Part shown: piece after piece, positions 1-9,601 of the stretch
Position numbering within the stretch: the stretch's first letter is position 1
Layout of the letters: the number at the start of each line of letters is the position of its first letter
Assembly (NCBI GenBank): GCA_965204725.1
Contig: OZ242005.1
Span: 1,024,001-1,088,000 of the forward strand
DNA: 64,000 nucleotides
Source of the DNA: Candidatus Latescibacterota bacterium
GTDB taxonomy: Bacteria; Latescibacterota; UBA2968; UBA8231
Direction of reading: 5' to 3'
Program-made: the position numbers and the translations under genes
The notes under the pieces: generated by a model
The model's database searches: none
Told to the model about the DNA's origin: nothing
Seen by the model: the letters and a program-made list of their open reading frames with translations, nothing else

Positions 1-356
1 GACATCCGGTGGCCGGTTATAGCTGGGAGGGTTTTGCCGTGGAGCAGTTTGCCGCTGTGCTGCCGCTTGGATGGGAACTGGCCTTTTGGCGCACGGCGAC
101 CGGCGCAGAAATTGACCTGCTCCTGCTGCACGGCAGTCACCCGATCATCGCGGTCGAAATGAAGATGAATACCACCAATCCCCGCCCCGGTAGAGGGTTT
201 TACGAAGGGTGTAAGGAGCTGGCCCCGCGTGAAAAGTGGGTCATCTACCCCGGCGACGAGCCCTTGGCCCTGCCCAATGGGGTGTTGGCCCTGCCGTTGG
301 CTGAGGCTGTAGAGCGGTTTGTGTCTATCGCTCGGGGCGGTCGCCATCAGCCCTAG
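1..356 (+). CDS. 3' end of an AAA_14/DUF4143 ATP-binding protein (partial, starts before the window)
   Basis: Open from the window edge. HPVAGYSWEGF and FWRTATGAEIDLLL..VEMK are typical of the DUF4143 C-terminal PD-(D/E)XK-like region. Confidence 0.8.
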   Translation, partial: HPVAGYSWEGFAVEQFAAVLPLGWELAFWRTATGAEIDLLLLHGSHPIIAVEMKMNTTNPRPGRGFYEGCKELAPREKWVIYPGDEPLALPNGVLALPLAEAVERFVSIARGGRHQP

Positions 357-373
357 CGCGTCTGGCTCGACCA

Positions 374-3004
374 ATGACTGAACGCCCACGCCTCGCCGCG
401 CGCCTCGCGGGTGCCAGCCTGTTGCTCGGTGGCTTGGCCTTCAATCCGTTGGCCTTGGCGCATTTTTTTGCGGAGCCGCCGCTGGGCACTGAGGGGGTCA
501 TCGCCCTCCAGATTGCCTTAATCGTTAGCGGCGGTTGGCTCGTTTGGCGCGGCCCCCGGTTGCCGCTAATTCCCCTCGCGCTCATCGCGGTCGCCTTGGG
601 CGCACTGGCCCTGCTCGGGGGCTACGGCACGGCCCGCTCGCTGCAAAAGGTGCAGGACCGCAACCGGCTCTTGGCGACTATTGACCGCAGCGAACAGGTG
701 CAGCAGCACCTAAGCGGCGAGGTCCTGCCGCTGCTCGCCTTGGGGATCGCGGCCCCGGCGCGCTCGCTTTTTGCCGACACGGTTGTGGTCGCGGATGTGG
801 AGCAGATCGCCGAGGCGACCGAAGTCGTCCCGGCACTGGGCATTAAGCGCCAGCGCTGGGAAATTGCACCCGCCGAGCCGGTTTACGACGACGTCATCGC
901 GCTGTGGGGGCCGCTCTGGGCCGCACTGGATTGGCACGACTATGCGGCCTTCCATCTTGAGACCGGGCATTTCCTCGATGCGGAGGCCGCGATCTACCAA
1001 GCCCGCTTGCGCTTCGACGCCGCGGCGCAGACCAAAGGCGGGGAGCGTGCGCAAATTCGGGCTGGGCTGGTGCTGGAGTGGCAGCAGCAGGACGATGCCA
1101 CTTGGCGGATCCAGCGCTGGGAAACCGAATCGCTGGAGATGCTCACGCAGCCGCACACACTCTTTGCCGCAGCCCGCGACGAGGTGCTCCCCGCCCAAGC
1201 TCGGGTTTCGCGCCACGCGGCCTTGGTGCTCCAGTCGTTTCGCGACTCCGCGTTCATCGCCCCGCACCGCTATTTCACGCGCCAAGCCTTTGATCGCCAT
1301 CCCGGCGTCAGCGTCGTGGATATTGACGCCGACGGGTACGACGACCTGTACCTTGCCGTGCGCCAAGGTAGGAACATGCTGTTGCACAATGGCGGCGACG
1401 GCACGTTCACCGAGCGCGCGGCCCAATACGGCCTCGATGTGGAGCACCACACGGCCGCGGCGCTCTTCGCCGACTTTGACAACGATGGCGACCCGGATGT
1501 ATTCCTCGGCCGCACGCTCGCGCCCAGCCGCTACTTGGTCAACGAGAACGGGTGCTTTGCCCCCCGCGACTTGGGTGCTGACGTATTGCCGTTCCTCGTA
1601 GCCTCGATCTCGGCCGCCGATTACGACCGCGACGGGCTGCTCGATGTGTACTTCTCCACTTATGCGGCGCGGATGGTGCTCGACGCGGTCTCCACAGCCC
1701 CGCGCGGTGCGCCTTGGGGCGGTGCGCTGTTGGCCGACTTCCTGCCGGCGGACCGCGCTCGGGCACTCTACGATCTGAGCCGCGACCGCATCGGCCGGCT
1801 CATCCACGACGCGCCCGGACCGCCCAATGTCCTGCTACGCAACCTCGGCAACGGACGCTTCGCGCCCACGGTAGCCGGGTGGCGCAATACCTTACAGGCG
1901 ACTTGGGCCGATTACGACCGCGACGGCGACCCGGATCTCTACCTCGCCAACGACTTTGCCACCAACAACTTGCTTCGCAATGATGGCGGTGCTCTGGTTG
2001 ATGTCACCGCGGAGAGTGGGGCCGCGGACTTGGGCTTTGGCATGGGCGCGAGTTGGGCCGATTACGACGGGGATGGCCGCCAAGACCTGTACGTGACCAA
2101 CATGCACAGCAGTGCCGGTCGCCGCATCACGGCTGCGGCCGGGCCGGCCGGCGCGGCTTTTGCCCCGTTGGCCCGGGGTAGCTCGCTCTTGAGGAACAGC
2201 CGGGCGGGCTTCGTCCGGGTTGCGGATTCGCCGGTGGAGGACGGCGGCTGGGGTTGGGGCGGCCAGTTTTTGGACTTTGACAACGACGGCGACCTCGACA
2301 TCTACGCTCCGAGTGGGTACTACACCCCGCCGGCTGCCGTCGCTCTGCCCGAGGATACCTGAAGCCTGTTTTGGCGCACGGTCGTGCGCCATGGTCGGAC
2401 GGACGGGGCATACAACGTGGGAGCGCGGCTCGACGCGGGGGCCTCGCTCAGCGGCTACCAGCGCAACCGTCTATTCCTCAATGTAGAAGGCCGCGCCTTC
2501 CTCGATGTGTCGGGCTTGTCGGCGGCGGATTCGCCGGCCGATGGTCGCGCCTTCGCCACCTTGGACTTCGACCGCGATGGCCGCATTGACTTGGCGGTCG
2601 TCAATGCCAACGAGCCGCTCTGCGAATTGTTTGCCAACCGCAGCAAGGCGGGGCACTTCCTCGCGTTGCGCTTTGTCGGGGGCAATGACCGCGCCGCGCC
2701 CACGAGCACGTGGAGTGTGCGCGATGGCTATGGTGTGCAAGTGGAAGTGGATGTCGGCGGGAGGACGCTGCTGCGCGAGCACCGCGCCGGCGAGGGCTTC
2801 TCGGCCCAGAACAGCGCGACCCTAATTGTCGGCTTGGGCGCGCACCTACGAGCGGAGGCCGTGCGCGTACGCTGGCCTTCGGGGCGAATGCAGCGCACAA
2901 CCGACGTGGCGGCTGGGACGCTATTGACCGCGTACGAAGACCCCCGGCACTCGCCTACGGGTGCGGCGTTTGTGGTGGTGCCGTATCGCCCCGGCGAGCC
3001 GTAA
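374..3004 (+). CDS. Membrane-anchored FG-GAP repeat / ASPIC-UnbV (CRTAC1-like) protein with an in-frame TGA at 2360-2362; candidate selenoprotein (876 aa if read through)
   Basis: ORFs 374-2362 and 2384-3004 share a frame (offset 2010 nt). The 21 nt between them read SLFWRTV. The first part has N-terminal hydrophobic helices and DxDxDGxxD repeats. The second part has the last repeat and the ASPIC/UnbV domain (GEGFSAQNS, VRVRWPSG). Confidence 0.8.
2363..2391 (+). promoter_or_regulatory. Putative bacterial SECIS element
   Basis: Stem TGGCGCAC (2372-2379) pairs perfectly with GTGCGCCA (2384-2391). The loop GGTC (2380-2383) begins after a 17-nt gap from the TGA. Confidence 0.7.
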
Positions 3005-3116
3005 GGGCGAGAGAAGCATTGTGCATTGATCTCATCGGTCGGATATTGACCGGACGTGACGACGGGTTCCGTTGCTACGGTTTACTACGGCGTATCCGGC
3101 TGACTAGGAGGCAAAT

Positions 3117-3437
3117 ATGTTCAAGGAATTAGACGCTATTGTGCTCACATCCGCAATTCCGCTTGAGCGCATTTGGGATATTCCACCCGGTAGCCCACTA
3201 AGCGAGAACGGCAGTCGAGGAGAAGGGCTGAAAGCCGGAGACGTCGGCACGATTGTATATATACAGGGTGATGGAGAAGCCTTTGAGGTGGAGTTCTTAA
3301 CGCCAGATGGCTACACAGTCGCTATTGCCACGGTCCTGCCATCGCAGGCTCGTCTAGCCACCGAAAAGGATCACGCCAACTACCGCTTTGGGAAGAATTC
3401 GCCCGCATATATAGCAACCCTACATCCTTCAAGATAG
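3117..3437 (+). CDS. DUF4926-like small protein
   Basis: AGGAGG RBS upstream. GLKAGDVGTIV...AFEVEF motif. Confidence 0.75.
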   Translation: MFKELDAIVLTSAIPLERIWDIPPGSPLSENGSRGEGLKAGDVGTIVYIQGDGEAFEVEFLTPDGYTVAIATVLPSQARLATEKDHANYRFGKNSPAYIATLHPSR

Positions 3438-3490
3438 GATTCCCGCCTCGTGTCGGGAGACGAGGTGACGTTCTTTCGCGGGAATACCTA
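3435..3490. repeat. REP-like palindrome (ATTCCCGC...GCGGGAAT) with an internal second hairpin, between convergent genes
   Basis: Outer arms at 3439-3446 and 3478-3485, extended by TAGG/CCTA. Inner CCTCGT/ACGAGG stem. Confidence 0.65.
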
Positions 3491-3494
3491 GCGC

Positions 3495-6400
3495 TCAGCG
3501 AATCAACGCCAACTTAGCCGTTTGGACGGCATCGCCGGCTTGCAGCACGGCCCAATAGACCCCGGACGCGGCCTCTGCGCCCGCCGCCGTGCGGCCATCC
3601 CAGCGCACTTGGTGCCATCCGGCTTCCGCCCAGCCATCGGCCAACACGCGAATGGGCTGGCCCATCAGGTTATAGACGGCAAGCCGCACGGGACTGGCGG
3701 TAGCGACGGCAAAGGGAATGGTCACTTCGGCGTTGAACGGCGCGGGAAAGGGATCGCCTAAACCGGATACCAGTTCATCCGGTAGCTCAGACGGGAATCG
3801 CGTATCGGCGACCCGCTTGGCATTGGCCGGTCGCCGCGACGTCACAGACACATCTTTCAACTGCCATCTATCAAAAGATGAGGTGCGGTCTTGGTTGAAG
3901 AAATTGCGGAACTCGATGATGTTTGTGCCGGATCGTAGGTCTGTTCTCTCCAAGGGGAGATACCAATCCGTCCAATCCTCGCTCGCTGACGGCGTGGTGT
4001 ATAGCTCTTCGTTGAGAAAAATGTCCACTTCGCCATCACTTATTTCTTTTAATGAAAAGTAACAATAGAGCTCGCGACTAGTCCCTTCGTCAAAGCCAAA
4101 CTTGACGCTTTTGGGATTTTTGCTAACCGCTGGTGGACTGTAGCCGAAAAGCCCTCGGCTCGGAAGGGGCTCTACCGACTCGCCTTCGATTTCGAGACGC
4201 TTCGTCCCGGATGTCCCATTCGAGGTCCTAACCCACACATCGCCGCTCTGAGCCTCATCTGGAACCTCGACGACAATTCGGCGGTCCGACCAACTCACAT
4301 AGTCCGCACCAGAAGGCCGTACACTAGAGAAAAACAAAACGTATCCCGTGCCGCGGCTGGAGCCGAAATTACCACCCGTGAGCGTGAGACGATCTCCTGT
4401 TGCTACACTCGTCGGCGAGATGTTCGTCAGATACGGGCTTGTTATGTTCAAGCGGATGAAATTACTGGTGCCTTCTGCCGTTCTAACGGTCAGGTTGCCG
4501 GGCGGCGTATTGCGGGGTATGCGAAATCGGATCGTTCCATTCGTCCAAGAGGTGAACGAAGTGATCGCGGTCGAACCAATCCGCACGGAGCTGCTCCCCC
4601 GTGAGGAACCGAAGTTACCCCCGCTTACAGTAACAATGGTATTGGTCCTTGCGGTCTGCGGAGAGATGCTACTGATCCAAGGCGCGGTGCTTCCGATTTC
4701 GAGGTGCTTCGTCTCCGACGTCCCATTTGAGGTCGTAACCCGCACATCGTCGCTCGGAGCCTGATCTGGAACCTTGACGACGATTCGGCGGTCCGACCAA
4801 CTCACGTAGTCCGCAGCAGAGGCCCGCACAGACCCAAACAAAACGTACCCCGTGCCTCGTCTGGAGCCGAAGTTACCGCCCGTTAATGTGAGACGATCTC
4901 CCGGTTGTACGTGCGTCGGCGAGATCCTCGTCAGATACGGGCTCGTTATTGCTAAGCGGATGGAATTGCTGGTGCCTTCTGTCGTTCTGATCGTCAGGTT
5001 GCCGGGGGGCGTATTAAGGGGAACGCGAAATCGGATCGATCTACTCGACCAAGAGGTGAACGAAGTGATAGTTACCGAACCAATCCGTACAGAACTGCTC
5101 CCCCGAGAGGAACCGAAATTCTCTCCGCTTACGGTAACAACGTTATTGCTCCTTACGGTCCCCGGGGAGACGCCGCCGATCCAAGGCGAGGTAACTGTCA
5201 GCCGCGCCGTGTCGCTTCCGTTCGTCGTTACAACCTGTAGATCGCCGGTACGCGCTCCCGACGGCACTCGCACTCGGATCTGAGTATCGCTCCAGCTAAC
5301 ATAGTGGGAAGCACTAGGCATCTTACCCCCGAAGAAAACCACCCGGCTTGTGCCCCGATTCGCGCCGAAGGCCCGCCCACGGATAGTTACGACTTGACTG
5401 TACCGCACCCGGCTAGGCGATATGGAAGTAATTTGAGGAGAAGTAACTTGAGGAGCCTGCATAACCGGCAGTACGAGTTTGCCGTATCCAAAAGTATTGT
5501 CCCTTCCCCGAGGGCCTATGTCAACCGTTGCCTCGACCAGCGCGTCCCACAAATCGTCACGTGAATACGATGGATTAGCCGACTTGATTAGAGCCGCCGC
5601 GCCAGCGACGTGGGGCGCAGCAGCGGAAGTCCCAGTATAGCCATAAAAAACCTCCGACTCTCCATAAGAAGCTGTCGATACTCCACTAGGCGCGACGAGT
5701 TCGGGTTTGAAGCGGCCATCGGTGGTGGGACCGCGCGAGCTGTAGTCCGCAATTATGCCCAAGTCGTATTCGTCGAAATGGACCGCCCCGACGCTCATGG
5801 CCCCTCGGGCATCCGCCGGACTCCCGATACTGTTCTCCGCCACCGAATACTTTTCAAAATCGTGATTAAGCGACCATATTTTTAGCCTTCTAGGCCGGGC
5901 GTCGTTCTCGCTGCGAACAGAAATCTCGTACTTTCCCGATTGCTCTGCCTTGATTTCGATTCGTTCTACAGGGATATGGCTACTGAGATCTCTTTGAGGA
6001 TCGATACTGTAAGCCACAAATTCGAGATCGCCGGAGGGGTTCACAAAATCGAGGTACAAGTCGTAGTCCTCGCGGGAAGTGGGCCAATCATTCCACGTCA
6101 AGAAAATCCTTATCTCTTCCCCTTTCTCCGCTTCAATCCCTATCCCTTGGTCTTCTCCGCTAAAGTTCTGCCAACCGTCATCATCGGAATCAGACCAAAA
6201 CCCGTAGTAATGGCTCTTTGCGTCATTGCCCGCTGCATCTACCCAGAGAATGCCCTTATCTGCGGCGTCATTTACAATGTCGCAGGCTATTCCTCGCCCG
6301 TCGCCAATGCCGGTTCCAAACCAGCCCAGGGAGTGATTGATTATGTCAATCCCCTCTCGTATGCAGAAATCCTTGGCATTCTCCAAGTCAAGCAGATCGT

Positions 6401-7100
6401 CCACCTTCAGAAGCGTGAGTTCGGCTTCCGGTGCCACATCGTAGATAATCTCGGCACACGCCGTGCCGTGGACATCCTCGCCAGCGTATATCCCCTCGTC
6501 CGTATAGTCGAAATACCGCCAAGTCGCCGGCATGTCTGGCCCTAATTGGTCCGCCCCCTTAAATCCTCCGTCAATAACGGCCACCTTGACCCCTTGGCCT
6601 CTGACGCCTGCATTGTAATTATTTATAGAGTTGATGAGTCGCCGACCTTCGCTCCAAGTCTGTTGCGTGTGCGGCCGGAACGGTCGGCGGACAAAGCTCA
6701 CCCCCGGCAGTTCCGACACCGCCAACAACGACGACGCCGGAACCGAAACCCGCATCAAACTCTTGGACTGCGCCAACACCTCGACGCCCAGTGCCGCCAT
6801 AGACGACGTATCAATCGACGCCGACGCTTGCCCGCGCTGGGGAACCAAAATGACGACGACCGTATCCTCAACGCCTCCCGCACGAGTTAGCTTGCCCGCT
6901 GGCGGCACGGCCAACTCCCACAACGCACTCTGTATCTTGGCCGGGCCGTCGGGCTTGACCGGGGCAGAGTTTAGGTCCTGTCCCCAAAGGGGTACATAGC
7001 CGAGGACGCCCAAGAAAAGGGCGGTCATAACTTTACTGCGGAAAACGACTTTACGAGTACTCATATTGATGGCCTTCGCTGAAGTTAGGGGTTTTGACAT
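3495..7100 (-). CDS. Secreted S8 subtilase with about 5 IPT/TIG repeats and a C-terminal FlgD-like/T9SS-like domain
   Basis: Catalytic triad motifs VAVIDGGF, HGTACA and GTSAAAPHVAG. Repeated P.I..ISP...G.NFG...WSD units. C-terminus PAPFNAEVTIPF...AVYNLMGQ..WDG...ASGVY. Confidence 0.9.
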   Translation of the reverse strand: MSKPLTSAKAINMSTRKVVFRSKVMTALFLGVLGYVPLWGQDLNSAPVKPDGPAKIQSALWELAVPPAGKLTRAGGVEDTVVVILVPQRGQASASIDTSSMAALGVEVLAQSKSLMRVSVPASSLLAVSELPGVSFVRRPFRPHTQQTWSEGRRLINSINNYNAGVRGQGVKVAVIDGGFKGADQLGPDMPATWRYFDYTDEGIYAGEDVHGTACAEIIYDVAPEAELTLLKVDDLLDLENAKDFCIREGIDIINHSLGWFGTGIGDGRGIACDIVNDAADKGILWVDAAGNDAKSHYYGFWSDSDDDGWQNFSGEDQGIGIEAEKGEEIRIFLTWNDWPTSREDYDLYLDFVNPSGDLEFVAYSIDPQRDLSSHIPVERIEIKAEQSGKYEISVRSENDARPRRLKIWSLNHDFEKYSVAENSIGSPADARGAMSVGAVHFDEYDLGIIADYSSRGPTTDGRFKPELVAPSGVSTASYGESEVFYGYTGTSAAAPHVAGAAALIKSANPSYSRDDLWDALVEATVDIGPRGRDNTFGYGKLVLPVMQAPQVTSPQITSISPSRVRYSQVVTIRGRAFGANRGTSRVVFFGGKMPSASHYVSWSDTQIRVRVPSGARTGDLQVVTTNGSDTARLTVTSPWIGGVSPGTVRSNNVVTVSGENFGSSRGSSSVRIGSVTITSFTSWSSRSIRFRVPLNTPPGNLTIRTTEGTSNSIRLAITSPYLTRISPTHVQPGDRLTLTGGNFGSRRGTGYVLFGSVRASAADYVSWSDRRIVVKVPDQAPSDDVRVTTSNGTSETKHLEIGSTAPWISSISPQTARTNTIVTVSGGNFGSSRGSSSVRIGSTAITSFTSWTNGTIRFRIPRNTPPGNLTVRTAEGTSNFIRLNITSPYLTNISPTSVATGDRLTLTGGNFGSSRGTGYVLFFSSVRPSGADYVSWSDRRIVVEVPDEAQSGDVWVRTSNGTSGTKRLEIEGESVEPLPSRGLFGYSPPAVSKNPKSVKFGFDEGTSRELYCYFSLKEISDGEVDIFLNEELYTTPSASEDWTDWYLPLERTDLRSGTNIIEFRNFFNQDRTSSFDRWQLKDVSVTSRRPANAKRVADTRFPSELPDELVSGLGDPFPAPFNAEVTIPFAVATASPVRLAVYNLMGQPIRVLADGWAEAGWHQVRWDGRTAAGAEAASGVYWAVLQAGDAVQTAKLALIR

Positions 7101-7327
7101 TCCAATTCGTCCTCCAAGCGGCGCGTTCTATGGCGACGCCAGATTAAGAACTAATGGTGCGGTCTGGGTAGTTTCTACTCTGAGGGTATCCCACCTTTCA
7201 GCTACGGAGCGTTCCTATGACCCCAGCCGAGTTTATAGTAGCCCTGTTCTATTGTATTGACAATCAGATGCTTGCCGTGCCGAAACATCCTCAAGCATCC
7301 TTATATCCCAGTGAGGTGATTGATTCA

Positions 7328-9565
7328 CTATCGGCGTAGCGTTTGTGACCGCGCCATCCTACGCAGCAGCAGCAAGGCCCCCAGATAGCAACAGATAGCG
7401 GCCCCCAGCGCGGCGGCAAATCCCCAATGCAGGGCGATGAAAACCGCCAAGGCCGCGCCAAAGACCGAGGCTACGCCGTTGACGGCAAATCCCCAGTCAA
7501 TGCACTCGCCGACGGCGCGTGCGGCGCGGGGGAAGGGCATCCCCATAAAAAATCCCGGCGGGGCGATCAACGCGCAGCTTATAGCGACCCGCACTCCCCA
7601 ATCGAGCCTTCCACAGAGCGCGACCACGTGCGGAAAGAGGACTAGATGCGCCGCTGTCCACGCGGCGACAAAGACAAACGGCCACCACGGCTCGCCGCGC
7701 TGCGAGCAGAAACTCCCCGCGCCCGAACTCAGCAAGAGCGCCAACAAAACGATTGGAAACGTGTAGGCCGAATGGCCCAAGAGCAGGCTGTATTGCTGGA
7801 TCCACACTACCTCGATCAGCATGTAGCCCATGCCAATCGCGGCAAAGTACAGCCAAGCGGCCCCCGCTAGCCCGGTTTGCCCACGCCAGCGCGGCAAGAG
7901 CAACAGGGGCACTCCCACCGCGACGACGACGGTCAGCACGGCCGCTACCAGCAGTCGCGCCAGCGGAAATCCGGTAAACTCAAAGGCCCTGCTGCCCGCG
8001 TCCCAGCGGTCCCAGCGCCCCATCTGCGCCACAAAGGGCCGGTCGTCGGTCGTCGGGCTGATGTCGATGGGGGCTGTGGCCCAATGCGCTTCCCAGCCGT
8101 CGGCCACAATCCGGCTGATTAGGTGATCGGTTGCGAGGGTTGGATGGAGGATGCGGCTGGCCGGGTCAGCCGCGGCAAACAGGGCTGGCAAGGTCGCGTG
8201 GACCAAGGTGCTCGCCAGCGGCTGCCGCCCCAAAACCAACACCTGCCGTCGCTGCGTGGGCAGGTCGTACACCGCGAGGTGGCTTTCGGCCGCTAGGCCC
8301 AGTGCTCGCAAGGCCGCTAGGGCCGCGCTGGTCAGCCGCGGCACGTACACTTGGTGCTCGATGAGCAAAACCCCGTCTGCGGTCAGGGCGCGGTAGAAGT
8401 CGGCGAAGGCTTCGACCGTGAATAGGTAGTTTTCGGCGAGGGCAAACGCCCCGGACGAGAGCGCGGCGAATGTATTGGAACTGCGCGAGATAATCAGGTC
8501 AAACGCGGCCGGGTGCTGCCGGGCATAGACGCGGGCGTCTGCGCTGTGAACCTCAACGCCGGCACTCTCGTACAGGTGGCCAAAGAACGCAGCTTGCGCT
8601 CCATGGGTGAGCATTTTGTTGAGCCCGGCGTTGACTTCAACCGCATCGACGCGCTGCGCCCCGCCCCATTTAGCCTGCATGACTTCGCTGCCCCCACCGG
8701 CCCCGACCACCAGGACCCGCTCGGGCGCGAGGGCGCGAATTAGCGGCCGCAGGTCGAGCGCAAACTCGGGTGCGGTCGCCGGTAGCCCTTCGCGCCAATC
8801 GCCGCGCACCCGGTGGAGCAGCATGTTGGCCGCGCCGTCGATGTCGATGCCGCGCACGGCCGCGCTGTGGGCGAAGACCCGGATGCGACCCAGGGCGTCC
8901 CAGCGTTCAGCGATGACGGGTGCCTTGGTCGGCTCCTTGGGCACGAGCGCGGCATCGGCGGCAAAGGCCGCGCCCCCGAGTGCGGCGAGCAAGGCCAGCA
9001 CTCCTGTGCGCTGGTAGCGGCCCGGCCCCCATCCGGCTAGGGCGCCGGGAATGCAGCACAGCACGGCCGCGGCCGGCACCCCAAAAACGTTCATCGCAGC
9101 GATGGCGGCCGCGCCGCCGCCGGCCGCGCCCACTAAGTCGGCCGCGTAGAGTTGGGCGGCGTTTGCGCGGTGGCGGCGCAAGAGCGCGGCGCAGCAGGCC
9201 CCGCCGGCCAGATAGGGCAGCAACAACAGCCCCACGCCCGCAGCCAGCAAGGCGAGGTCGCCTCCAGAACGCCCCAGCGCGCCAAATTCGATGGGCAGGC
9301 GCGTTACTGCGGCCGGCCCTATTGCGGCCGTGCCACTGGCCAAGAGCGCGGCGATTTGCGGCGAGGCGGTCCACGCTGGCCAAAAGCGCAGCGACAGTGC
9401 CCCGAGGCCGAGGCCGAACACGGCGAGGGAAACCACGAGAAAGGCAAAGGAGTAGAAGAATTCAGCAGAGAATATCCGCGTCCAGACGATCTCTAGCGCG
9501 ACCAGCATGGCCGCGACCAAGCCGATGGCCACTTGGTCGCGGCGCAAGGGACTCATGGTGCTCAT
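7328..9565 (-). CDS. Polytopic membrane protein with a central spermidine-synthase-like SAM-binding domain
   Basis: Transmembrane clusters at both ends. VLVVGAGGG, VDAVEVN, ADAR, ENYLFTVEAF and TDDRPF motifs. Confidence 0.85.
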   Translation of the reverse strand: MSTMSPLRRDQVAIGLVAAMLVALEIVWTRIFSAEFFYSFAFLVVSLAVFGLGLGALSLRFWPAWTASPQIAALLASGTAAIGPAAVTRLPIEFGALGRSGGDLALLAAGVGLLLLPYLAGGACCAALLRRHRANAAQLYAADLVGAAGGGAAAIAAMNVFGVPAAAVLCCIPGALAGWGPGRYQRTGVLALLAALGGAAFAADAALVPKEPTKAPVIAERWDALGRIRVFAHSAAVRGIDIDGAANMLLHRVRGDWREGLPATAPEFALDLRPLIRALAPERVLVVGAGGGSEVMQAKWGGAQRVDAVEVNAGLNKMLTHGAQAAFFGHLYESAGVEVHSADARVYARQHPAAFDLIISRSSNTFAALSSGAFALAENYLFTVEAFADFYRALTADGVLLIEHQVYVPRLTSAALAALRALGLAAESHLAVYDLPTQRRQVLVLGRQPLASTLVHATLPALFAAADPASRILHPTLATDHLISRIVADGWEAHWATAPIDISPTTDDRPFVAQMGRWDRWDAGSRAFEFTGFPLARLLVAAVLTVVVAVGVPLLLLPRWRGQTGLAGAAWLYFAAIGMGYMLIEVVWIQQYSLLLGHSAYTFPIVLLALLLSSGAGSFCSQRGEPWWPFVFVAAWTAAHLVLFPHVVALCGRLDWGVRVAISCALIAPPGFFMGMPFPRAARAVGECIDWGFAVNGVASVFGAALAVFIALHWGFAAALGAAICCYLGALLLLRRMARSQTLRR

Positions 9566-9601
9566 TCCACAGGCTGTCCGACCGGGGACAAAATCGGGCG
9601 G

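Noticed and set aside
2384-3004. Independent 206-aa ASPIC/UnbV gene
   Set aside because: Its GTG lies inside the hairpin, it has no clear RBS, and it is in frame with the upstream ORF. Read-through explains it better.
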